Position numbers and translations under genes: made by a program
Notes under the pieces: generated by a model
Database searches by the model: none
Seen by the model: the letters and a program-made list of their open reading frames with translations, nothing else
What the model was told of the DNA's origin: nothing
Assembly (NCBI GenBank): GCA_963767925.1
Contig: CAVYGB010000013.1
Location: 32,001-96,000 of the forward strand
Direction: 5' to 3'
Length of the DNA stretch: 64,000 nucleotides
DNA from: an uncultured delta proteobacterium
GTDB taxonomy: Bacteria; Myxococcota_A; Polyangia; Fen-1088
Shown here: in pieces, positions 1-8,858 of the stretch
Layout: each line of letters begins with the position of its first letter
How positions within the stretch are numbered: the stretch's first letter is position 1

Positions 1-61
1 GTTCTTCCCCTTGCTGGCTGGGCTCTGCTGTCCCGCGCACGTCACTGCCACGCCGTCGTCG

Positions 62-1048
62 TCACTGGTTCGAGCTGTCCTCGGTCATCTTGGAGCGGTA
101 CGAACGCAGCGCCGGGTACTCGTCGGGTACCTGGACGAGGCGGAATCCTACCTCCGTGGCCTCTGTATGCCACCAGATACTCTGCGGTGTCTGGGGGTCC
201 TGCTTGCTCCAGATCAGCTCTGAGAAGCGCCGCGCGGCGCAGCGCAGAGCGGGCGCCGGCTCCTTCCAGCTCCCGCCGCGCACCACGTGGGGATAGCGGG
301 CGTCACCGGGCAGGTTGACGGGCAATGGCGACTCGCTCGCGCTGCCGTAGAAGTCAGGGCCGTAGCGGTCGAGCACCCACTCTGACACGTTGCCGTGCAT
401 GTCGAAGAGGCCGAAGGCGTTCGCGCGTTTGCCGCCCACCGGGTGGGGGCGCTTGCCCGCGTTCTTGGCGAACCAGGCGTGATCGCCGAGCCTGGCCGGC
501 GAGGCCCCGAACGGATAGGCGGTCGTCGTGCCGGCGCGGCAGGCGTACTCCCACTCCGCCTCGCTGGGCAGACGGTAGCCCTTGCCGGTCCGCTTCGAGA
601 TCCAGCGGGCGAACTCCATCGCGGCATGCCAGGTCACGGCGATGTTGGGGCTCTTGCCCCGGCCCAGGCCGAAGGTCTCGTCGGCGTAGGGCGGCGTCGG
701 GTAAGAGAGGGCGTCGGGGCCGTCCTCGGAGGAGCCGGCCAGCGTCGCCTTGAGGCCCAGATCGAGGAAGAGGTGGTAGGCGTCCCAGGTGACCTCGTGT
801 TTGCCCATGAAAAACGGGCGCACGGTGATCTCGCGCTGGGGCCCCTCGTCGCGCTTGCGCCCGCGTTCGGCGGGCGGGCTGCCCATGCGGAAGGTGCCGC
901 CGGGGATGGGCACCATGTCGAAGGTGACGGCGGTGCCCGGGATGGTCTCGGTGTAGGCCTTGGCCGGCTCGGCGGCGGCGCCGGGAGGCGCGAGCGCCAG
1001 GAGGACCATCAGCCCGCCCAGGAGTCTGCTGTCGATCGGAGGACGCAA
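62..1048 (-). CDS. Exported formylglycine-generating enzyme (SUMF1/FGE-sulfatase) family protein
   Basis: N-terminal signal peptide; motifs IPGGTFRMGS, RLPSEAEWEYACRAG, NAFGLFDMHGNVSEW, RGGSW, GFRL. Lacks the CxxxxC pair of catalytic FGE. Confidence 0.88.
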   Translation of the reverse strand: MRPPIDSRLLGGLMVLLALAPPGAAAEPAKAYTETIPGTAVTFDMVPIPGGTFRMGSPPAERGRKRDEGPQREITVRPFFMGKHEVTWDAYHLFLDLGLKATLAGSSEDGPDALSYPTPPYADETFGLGRGKSPNIAVTWHAAMEFARWISKRTGKGYRLPSEAEWEYACRAGTTTAYPFGASPARLGDHAWFAKNAGKRPHPVGGKRANAFGLFDMHGNVSEWVLDRYGPDFYGSASESPLPVNLPGDARYPHVVRGGSWKEPAPALRCAARRFSELIWSKQDPQTPQSIWWHTEATEVGFRLVQVPDEYPALRSYRSKMTEDSSNQ

Positions 1049-1098
1049 ATCGCCCGTGCTTATACTCTCGCCCGGGCCCGGCTGTCACCGGGGTGACG

Positions 1099-3545
1099 TC
1101 AGGAAGCCTCCTCGACCTCGGCGAAGGCGGCCTCGAGGGCGTCCTCCTCCGCCTCCTCGGCCGCGTTCTCCTCGACCACCACGGTCACCTCGTCGGCCCC
1201 CTCCAGAGCGGGGCTCGACCCGGCGTGCGGCCCGGGAGGGAGGGGGACGTCGGCCGGCGCCGCGCTGACCGGCACCTGATCGGGCAGCGGGGGGGCCACC
1301 TCGCCGTGGGCGTCGAAGTAGGCGCGTACCGCCTCGGCGGTCTTGCGGCTGACCCCCGGCACCGAGGCCAGGTCCTCGACGCTGGCGTCCCGGATCTTCC
1401 GCACGCTGCCGAAGTGGCGCAGGAGCTCGCGCTGGCGGGCGCTGCCCACCCCGGCGATGTCCGAGAGGACCGAGCGCAGGGTGCGGCGGCGGCGCTGGTT
1501 GCGGTGGAAGGTCACCGCGAAGCGGTGGGCCTCGTCGCGCAGGTGCGCGAGCACGAACATCTCGGCGCTGTTGGGCCGGATCGGGATGGCGTCCTTGGCC
1601 TGGGCCAGGAACACCCGGTCGGGCCGGCGGCCCGCCGGCTCGGCGGTCTTCTTCCCGCCCCGCCGGCGGGTGGGGGTCTCGACCAGTGGCAGTACAGGCA
1701 GCTCCCGAGGTGGGACCGGGGTGGCCGCCGCCGCGTCGCCGGGCGCGGGCACCTCGCTGGCGAGCGCGGGGACCTCCGGCGCGGCGGTCCGGGCCTCGAG
1801 TGCCAGTCCCTCGCTGGCGGGCGCGGAGGCGTCGGGGGCGGTCGATGCCTCCCCGTCTGGCGTCTCGGCGGGCGGGGGGGCGGCCCCCTCGGGCTCGCGC
1901 TCCTTGGCCAGGCCAACGATCGGCAGGCCCACCCCGGGGCGCACGTCGATGCCCACGTCGCGCGCCGCCGCCAGCGCCATGCCGAGCTGGCCCTTGCCGC
2001 CATCGACGACGATGAGATCGGGCAGGGCCCAGGTGCTCTCCTGCAGGCTGTCGGGGTCGCCCCGGCTCTGCGCCTCCAGGGCCGCCTCGCGGGCCCGGCG
2101 GAACCGCCGCGACAGCACCTCGTACATGGAGGCGAAGTCGTCGGGGCTGCCCACCCCGCCGCGCTGGAGCTTGTAGGTGCGGTAGCGCGTCTTCTCCGGC
2201 TTGCCGTCGACGAAGACCACCATCGAGGCCACCGTCTCCGACCCCTGCACGTGGGAGATGTCGTAACACTCGATGACCCGGGGCACCCGGGGCAGACTTC
2301 AGCCGCTTCTGCAGCTTGGCCAGCATCGCCTCGGCGTCGTCGCGCTTGTTGCGCCGGCTGGCGAAGCTGGCGGCGGCGTTCTTCTGGGCCAGCTCGAGCA
2401 GCTCGCGCCGGGTCCCCCGCTGCGGGACCAGCACCTCGACCCGCCGGCGCCGCCCGCCCTCCAGCCCGGCCCGCAGCTCGGTCAGCCAGTCCGCCTTCAG
2501 CTCGGCGTCGGCGATGGCGAAGGGGAGCAGCACCTCGTCGGGGGCGGCCGGCGACAGGTCGTAGTACAGGCCCACGAAGCTCGAGAGGATCTCGCCGTCG
2601 GGGAACTCCTGGTCGGTGAAGGAGAAGCAGCGGGTGCCGGCCATCTTGCCCTGGCGGATCGCGATCACCGCGATCTCGAGGGCGATGCCCTCCCGGTGAA
2701 AGCCGATCACGTCCTGGTCGACGAAGTCGGTGGAGACGACCCGCTGGGCCTGCAAGGTGGACTCGAGGGCCCGGATCTGGTCCCGCACCAGGGCGGCCCG
2801 CTCGAACTCGGTGCGGCCCGCCGACTCTTTCATGCGGGTGCGCAGCCGGTCGAGCAGCTCGTCGTTCTTGCCATCGAGGAACAGGCGCACGTCGCGCACC
2901 TGCTCGCCGTACTCCGCGCGCGGGACCGGCAAGCACGCAGGGGGCCGGGCAGCGCTTGATCTGGTACTGCAGGCAGGGACGACGCCGGTTGGCCAGCACG
3001 TGGTCGGTGCAGGTGCGGAGCTGGAAGTGCCGGTTGACCACCCGCAGCGCCTCCCGGCAGGAGCTGGCCGAGTGGTAGGGCCCGAAGTAGTGGGCCCCGT
3101 CGTCCTGGATGCGCCGGACCACCTCGAGGCGGGGCCAGCTCGCCTCGGGGTCCAGGCGCAGCACGAGGTAGTTCTTGTCGTCGCGCAGCTTCACGTTGAA
3201 GCGCGGCTGGTGCTTCTTGATGAGGGTGTTCTCGAGCAGCAGCGCCTCCTTCTCGTTGGAGGTCACCGTTGTCTCGATGTCGGCGACGATCCCCTCGAGC
3301 AGGGGCACGAAGTCGCGGATGTCCCCCGTGTTGGGCTGGAAGTACTGCCGCACCCGGGTCCGCAGGCTGGCCGCCTTGCCGATGTACAGGATCTTGCCGC
3401 GCCGATCCTTCATCACGTAGACGCCGGGCTCGGTGGGCAGCCGCTCGAGGATCTCGAGCAACGAGCGGGGGCCGGGGCTGACCTCGGCCGCGCGCAGGGC
3501 GCTCGTCTCGGGCCGCTGGCCCTCGTCCTCGATCTCGTCCGACAT
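1099..3545 (-). CDS. uvrC: Excinuclease ABC subunit C, split over three frames by +1 insertions at ~2931 and ~2296
   Basis: GIY-YIG (PGVY...ILYIGKA), Cys cluster ([13 protein letters not shown]), UVR domain ([11 protein letters not shown]), RNase H-like endonuclease ([28 protein letters not shown]), HhH (IAGVG, VPGVS). Removing one base at each junction restores [10 protein letters not shown] and [11 protein letters not shown]. Confidence 0.93.
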
Positions 3546-3596
3546 GACCCCACTAGCTTGCCCGATCTCGGGGGCAAACGGCGCGGTGTCGGGGGC

Positions 3597-4649
3597 CTAG
3601 TGAGCGGCGGCGGAGGGATTGCTGCTGGTGGGGGCGGCGACGTCGGCGTTGTACGAGGCGGGGTGGGAGGCAACGCGGTTGCGGCCCTCCCGCTTGGCCT
3701 GGTAAAGCGCCTCGTCAGCCAGGGCCACCAGGCGGGCGCCCGAGCCGTCGGGCAGATCGAAGGGGCGCAGGGTCGCCACCCCCACGCTGATGGTGACGTG
3801 GGCGGCGACGGCGGAGGCGGAGTGGGGCAGGGCCAGGTTGACAACGCCCTGGTGCAGCGAGCGGCCCACCGTGCAGGCGCCGGAGTGGGGGACCTCGGGC
3901 AAGATGGCGGCGAACTCCTCGCCTCCGTAGCGGGCCATCAGGTCGCCGGCCCGGCGGACGGCGCTGGCCAGCGCGCCCGCCACCTGGCGCAGGCACTCGT
4001 CGCCCCCCTGGTGGCCGTAGCTGTCGTTGTAGCGTTTGAAGTAGTCGATGTCGACCAGGGCCACCGAGAGGGGCAGGCCGTTGCGGCGGGCCCGCCGCCA
4101 CTCGGTGTCGAGGAACTCGTCGAAGCGGCGCCGGTTGGCCACCCCGGTCAGGCCGTCGAGGTGGGTGAGCCGCTGCAGCTCGGCGTTGCTCTCCTCGAGC
4201 TTGAGGCGGAGGGCGTCCAGCGTGCGGTAGGCCTCGTCCCGGTCGCGCTCGGCGCAGAAGCGATCGGAGTGCAGGCGGATGCGGGCCAGCAGCTCGATCT
4301 TGTCCGGGATCTTCACCAGGTAGTCGCTGGCCCCCTCGGTGAAGGCGCGGCCCTTGTCGAGGGCCTGCTCCTTGGAGGAGAGCACGATGATGGGGATGGC
4401 GGCGGTGACGGGGTTCTTGCGGAAGAACCGCACCAGCATCAGCCCGTCGACGTCGGGCATGACCAGGTCCTGCAGGATCACGGTGGGGCGGACCTGGGCG
4501 GCGAGGGCCAGCGCCTGCCCGGGGTCCGAGCAGTAGTGGTAAGAGATGTCCCGCTCGTCGGCGAGCATCCGTCGGATGGTCTCGCCGACCAGGGGTTGAT
4601 CGTCGACCAGCAGCACGGTGCGGCTGCGGCCCGGCTCCGCGTGGCTCAT
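3597..4649 (-). CDS. wspR: WspR-like response-regulator diguanylate cyclase (REC-GGDEF)
   Basis: REC (LLVDD, ILQDLVMP, YLVKIPD), DGLTGVANRR, I-site RAGD followed by RYGGEEF. Divergent from the wsp operon. Confidence 0.9.
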   Translation of the reverse strand: MSHAEPGRSRTVLLVDDQPLVGETIRRMLADERDISYHYCSDPGQALALAAQVRPTVILQDLVMPDVDGLMLVRFFRKNPVTAAIPIIVLSSKEQALDKGRAFTEGASDYLVKIPDKIELLARIRLHSDRFCAERDRDEAYRTLDALRLKLEESNAELQRLTHLDGLTGVANRRRFDEFLDTEWRRARRNGLPLSVALVDIDYFKRYNDSYGHQGGDECLRQVAGALASAVRRAGDLMARYGGEEFAAILPEVPHSGACTVGRSLHQGVVNLALPHSASAVAAHVTISVGVATLRPFDLPDGSGARLVALADEALYQAKREGRNRVASHPASYNADVAAPTSSNPSAAAH

Positions 4650-4773
4650 CGGATCACATCCACCCATCGGCAGGCGGGGGAACAACTTGACGGCTGACCT
4701 GCCCGCCTCAAGCAGCGTGTCGGATCAACCGACCCGGAGGGTCGAGGGACTCCGGGGAGGACATGGGGTGCGT

Positions 4774-6411
4774 ATGGAGAATCTGAGAATCTCGGCCAAG
4801 CTGGGCCTGCTCATGCTGGTGTTCGCGAGCGGGTTCGCCGTGTTCGCGGTGCTCACCTTCCGCACCTTGAGCATGGTGAAGGTCGACGGCCCACTTTACG
4901 CCGAGATCGCCCAGGACAAGGACGTCATCGCCGACGTCCTGCCGCCACCGGAGTACATCATCGAGGCCTACCTGCTGGTGCTGCAGATGCAGGACGAGAC
5001 CGACCCCGCCCGCCTCGGCCGGCTGCTGGAGAAGTCGCGCCTGCTGCGGCAGGAGTACGAGACCCGCCACGACTTCTGGAACGACCGGCTCACCCCGGGC
5101 CGGCTGCGCGACGCCTTGCTGGTGAAGTCCTACCAGCCGGCGGTCGAGTTCTTCGAGGTGCGCGACCGCGAGTTCATCCCCGCCATCCAGGCCGGCCAGC
5201 GGGCCCGGGCCCTCGAGCTGCTCCGGGGCAAGCTGCGCGACAGCTACGACCAGCACCGCCGGGCGGTCGACGAGGTGGTGGGCCTGGCCACCGCCAAGCA
5301 CCGGGAGGCCGAGGGCCGGGCCAAGGCCCTGGTGGGCAGCGACATCCGGTTGCTGGTGGCGGCGGTGCTGGTCATCGCCCTGGCCACCTTCGTGTTCGGC
5401 TGGCGCATCTCGGTCAACCTCACCCGGCGGATCCGCCTGGCCACCGAGGTGGCCAAGCAGGTGGCCTCGGGCGACCTCACCGTACAGGTGGCGGCGTCGT
5501 CGGAGGACGAGGCAGGCGAGCTGCTCACGACCATCTCGGGGATGGCCCGCGACCTGAGCTCGCTGGTGGCCCGGGTCAAGCAGTCGTCGATCGTGCTGAT
5601 GTCGACCGCCACCCAGATCAACGCCACCAGCCGCCAGCAGGAGTCGACGGTGCAGAGCTTCAGCGCCTCGAGCAGCCAGATCGGGGCGGCGGTCAAGCAG
5701 ATCGCCGCCACCGCCCAGGAGCTGATGTCGACCATGGAGGGGGTGAGCAACACCGCCAGCCAGACCTCTTCGCTGGCCTCCGAGGGGCGGGCCGGCCTCG
5801 AGGTGATGGACGGATCGATGCAGCAGCTCGCCAACGCCACCTCCTCGATCTCCACCAAGCTGTCGACAATCCGGGAGAAGGCCAACGACATCAACGTCGT
5901 CGTCACCACCATCACCAAGGTCGCCGACCAGACCAACCTGCTGTCGATCAACGCCGCCATCGAGGCGGAGAAGGCGGGGGAATACGGGCTGGGCTTCCTG
6001 GTGCTGGCCCGCGAGATCCGCCGGCTGGCCGATCAGACCGCGGTGGCGGCCCTCGACATCGACCGGATGGTCCGCGAGATGCAGGCCGCCGTCTCCTCGG
6101 GGGTGATGGAGATGGACAAGTTCACCGAGGAGGTGCGCAGCGGCGTGGCCAGCGTGGCCCAGATCGGGAGCCAGTTCGGCCAGATCATCGAGCAGGTGCA
6201 GGGGCTGTCGGGGCGGCTGGAGGCGGTCAACGAGGGCATGCGCAGCCAGACCATGGGCGCGGGCCAGATCAACGAGGCCATGCTCCAGCTCATCGATGGG
6301 GCCCGGCAGAGCGCCGGCTCGTTGAAGGAGTTCAACGCCTCGACCGATCACCTGCGGGGCGCGGTGGACGGTCTCAAGGAGGAGATCTCCCGCTTCCGCC
6401 TGAGCGCGTAG
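4774..6411 (+). CDS. wspA: WspA-like methyl-accepting chemotaxis protein
   Basis: Two TM helices, HAMP, signalling hairpin VADQTNLLSINAAIEAEKAGEYGLGF typical of Wsp-class receptors. Confidence 0.9.
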   Translation: MENLRISAKLGLLMLVFASGFAVFAVLTFRTLSMVKVDGPLYAEIAQDKDVIADVLPPPEYIIEAYLLVLQMQDETDPARLGRLLEKSRLLRQEYETRHDFWNDRLTPGRLRDALLVKSYQPAVEFFEVRDREFIPAIQAGQRARALELLRGKLRDSYDQHRRAVDEVVGLATAKHREAEGRAKALVGSDIRLLVAAVLVIALATFVFGWRISVNLTRRIRLATEVAKQVASGDLTVQVAASSEDEAGELLTTISGMARDLSSLVARVKQSSIVLMSTATQINATSRQQESTVQSFSASSSQIGAAVKQIAATAQELMSTMEGVSNTASQTSSLASEGRAGLEVMDGSMQQLANATSSISTKLSTIREKANDINVVVTTITKVADQTNLLSINAAIEAEKAGEYGLGFLVLAREIRRLADQTAVAALDIDRMVREMQAAVSSGVMEMDKFTEEVRSGVASVAQIGSQFGQIIEQVQGLSGRLEAVNEGMRSQTMGAGQINEAMLQLIDGARQSAGSLKEFNASTDHLRGAVDGLKEEISRFRLSA

Positions 6412-6427
6412 CGCAGGGGAGGGCGCC

Positions 6428-6871
6428 ATGCTCGGCCTGCTGACCCAGATCGGCAACGTTCGCTTCGCGGTCGACGCCCGGGCCGTGATCGAGGTGGTGC
6501 CCCGGGTCGAGCTGCACCCGGCGCCCCCCTCGGCGGGCGGGCTGGCCGGGCTGCTGCGTTACCGGGGGAGCATCATCCCCGTGATCGACGTGGGGCAGGC
6601 CCTCGCCGGGACGCCCACCCCCGCCCGGCTGAGCGCCCGCATCCTCATCGCCCGCTGCCAGATCGAGCCGGGCAGCCAGGTGGTGGGCTTCATCGTCGAG
6701 CAGGTGACCGAGGCGCGCCGCCTGAGCCACAAGGTGCCCGAGGGGGGCGGCGACGTGGTGGGGCACGTCCTGGCGGTCGACGAGGGGGTGATCCACCTGC
6801 TCGATCTCAACGACCTGGCCGGCTCGACCCTGCGGCGGTCGCTCGCCTTTCTCACCGAGGTGGGGGCATGA
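6428..6871 (+). CDS. wspB: CheW-like adaptor (WspB)
   Basis: AVIEVVP...LAGLLRYRGSIIPVID; position in the operon. Confidence 0.85.
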   Translation: MLGLLTQIGNVRFAVDARAVIEVVPRVELHPAPPSAGGLAGLLRYRGSIIPVIDVGQALAGTPTPARLSARILIARCQIEPGSQVVGFIVEQVTEARRLSHKVPEGGGDVVGHVLAVDEGVIHLLDLNDLAGSTLRRSLAFLTEVGA

Positions 6872-8166
6872 CCCCGCTGGCCCGCATCGAGGAAATGCTG
6901 GGCCGGCGCATCGGCCTGCTGGGCTCCACCATCGGGCAGCGGGGGGTCGAGCTGGCGGTCGACGCGCGCCTGCGGGCGCTGACCATGACCGATCGCATGG
7001 CCTACCTGGGGCGGATGCTGTCCGAGCCCGGCGAGCTGGACGCGCTCATCGAGGAGCTGGTGGTCCCCGAGACCTGGTTCTTCCGGGACGAGGAGCCCTT
7101 CCGCTACCTGGTGCGCTGGACGCAGACGGTCTGGCCCGAGTCGGGGCGGGCGCCCCCCCTGCGCGTGCTCTCCCTGCCGTGCTCGACGGGGGAGGAGCCC
7201 TATTCGGTGGCCATGGCCATGCTGGACGCCGGCTTTCTGCCCGGCCGGTTCCACATCGACGCCTTCGACATCAGCGAGAAGGCCCTGCAAAACGCCAAGC
7301 GGGGCGTCTACCGCCGCTCGTCGTTCCGGGGCGCCGACCTCGAGTTCCGCGACCGCCACTTCACGCCCCGGGAGGACGGCACTTACGAGCTGGCTCCGGC
7401 CGTCCGCGAGACGGTGCGGTTCCGGCGGGGGAACCTGCTCGACCCCGCCCTGTTCGCCAGCCTCGACATCTACGACGTCATCTTCTGCCGGAACGTCCTC
7501 ATCTATTTCACCAAGGAGGCGCGCCACACCGTCATCGACCTGCTGGAGTCCCGGCTGAGCCGGCACGGGGTCCTGTTCGTGGGCCACGCCGATTCGGTCG
7601 ACGACCCGCGCTTCAGCACCATCTCCGCCTCGCGCACCTTCGCCCTGCGCCGGGCCGACCCCGGCACCCGCGCCACCGGCGTCACCGGCACCTTCATGTT
7701 GCCGGTCCCCTTCGATCGGTCCCGGGCCGGCGGCAGCCCCGCCCCCGCTCCGCCCCCCGCCCGCTCCACCCGCCACGACACGGAAAAATACCGGGCCCTC
7801 ACCTCCCCCGCGCCGGCGGTGCCCCCGCCGGCGCCCAGGCCGGGCGAAGGGGTCCGGGTGGAGCTGGGAGCCGCCGAGTCGCTCGCCGATCAGGGCCGGC
7901 TCGAGGAGGCCGCGGCGCTGTGCGAGTCGCAGATCGGGCGGGCGCCCAACTCGGCCGCCTTCCAGCTCCTCGGCGTGATCCGCCTGGCCCAGCACCGAAA
8001 CGGCGACGCCGAGCAGTGTTTCCAGCGCGTCCTCTACCTCGAGCCCACCCACCGCGACGCCCTCTTGCACCTGGCCTTGCTGGCCGACAAGCGCGGCGAC
8101 ACCCGCGCCTCCGCCAACTACCGCCGCCGGGCCGACGTCGTCGACCTGCCCAAGGAGCAGCGTTGA
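6868..8166 (+). CDS. wspC: CheR methyltransferase with C-terminal TPR (WspC)
   Basis: VVPETWFFRD, CSTGEEPYS, IFCRNVLIYF; C-terminal LADQGRLEEA...RVLYLEP TPR. Confidence 0.9.
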   Translation: MTPLARIEEMLGRRIGLLGSTIGQRGVELAVDARLRALTMTDRMAYLGRMLSEPGELDALIEELVVPETWFFRDEEPFRYLVRWTQTVWPESGRAPPLRVLSLPCSTGEEPYSVAMAMLDAGFLPGRFHIDAFDISEKALQNAKRGVYRRSSFRGADLEFRDRHFTPREDGTYELAPAVRETVRFRRGNLLDPALFASLDIYDVIFCRNVLIYFTKEARHTVIDLLESRLSRHGVLFVGHADSVDDPRFSTISASRTFALRRADPGTRATGVTGTFMLPVPFDRSRAGGSPAPAPPPARSTRHDTEKYRALTSPAPAVPPPAPRPGEGVRVELGAAESLADQGRLEEAAALCESQIGRAPNSAAFQLLGVIRLAQHRNGDAEQCFQRVLYLEPTHRDALLHLALLADKRGDTRASANYRRRADVVDLPKEQR

Positions 8167-8858
8167 GGTCGCTGCCGCTGCTGCCCGCAGAGGAGGGCGA
8201 GGCGGGCACCCCCATCGACTCCTGCTGGAACCGGATCGGCGTGGGGGGCGACCGGAGCTGCCCCCAGCTCACGACCGCCATCCATTGCCGCAACTGCGCC
8301 GTGTTCAGCGCGGCGGGCCGCCGGCTGCTCGACGCCGCTCCCCCCCCCGGCTACCACGAGGAGTGGGCCCGCCGCCTGGCGGCCAACGCCGACACCGCCC
8401 GCCGCTCCGACCGTTCGGTGGTGGTGTTCCGGCTGGGCAACGAGTGGCTGGCGTTCGACACCAAGTTCTTCGTCGAGACCACCGGCCCCCGCACCGTGCG
8501 CCGGGTCCCCCACGGGCGCGGCTCGGTGCTCACCGGCCTGGTCAACATCCGCGGGCGGCTCGAGCTGTGCGTGTCGCTCGACACCGTGCTGCACCTCGAG
8601 CGGGGCGGGCCGGCCCTCAACCCGGCCAGCGCCCCCCGTTTGCTCGTCGTCGAGCACGAGAAGAAGGCCTGGGTCTTCCCGGCCGACGAGGTGCACGGCG
8701 TGCGCCACTTCTCGGCCCGCGACCTGCTGGCCGCCCCCGCCACCGTCCAGCGCGGCCCCAGCCCCCACACCCGGGGCCTGTTCCCCTGGAACGACAAGAA
8801 GGTGGGCTACGTCGACGCCGAGAAGCTGTTCGCCACCCTGGAGGCGAGCATCGTATGA
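8163..8858 (+). CDS. wspD: CheW-like adaptor (WspD)
   Basis: WspD-type N-terminus CWNRIGVGGDRSCPQL...HCRNC, then a CheW domain (GLVNIRGRLELCVSL). TTG start overlaps the wspC stop. Confidence 0.88.
   Translation: MRSLPLLPAEEGEAGTPIDSCWNRIGVGGDRSCPQLTTAIHCRNCAVFSAAGRRLLDAAPPPGYHEEWARRLAANADTARRSDRSVVVFRLGNEWLAFDTKFFVETTGPRTVRRVPHGRGSVLTGLVNIRGRLELCVSLDTVLHLERGGPALNPASAPRLLVVEHEKKAWVFPADEVHGVRHFSARDLLAAPATVQRGPSPHTRGLFPWNDKKVGYVDAEKLFATLEASIV

Noticed and set aside
62..1048. DGR target or catalytic formylglycine-generating enzyme
   Set aside because: No reverse transcriptase or template repeat in the window; catalytic cysteines are absent.
1099..3545. uvrC pseudogene or programmed frameshifting
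   Set aside because: All motifs are intact, there are no slippery sequences, and similar indels occur in four other genes, so sequencing error is more likely.
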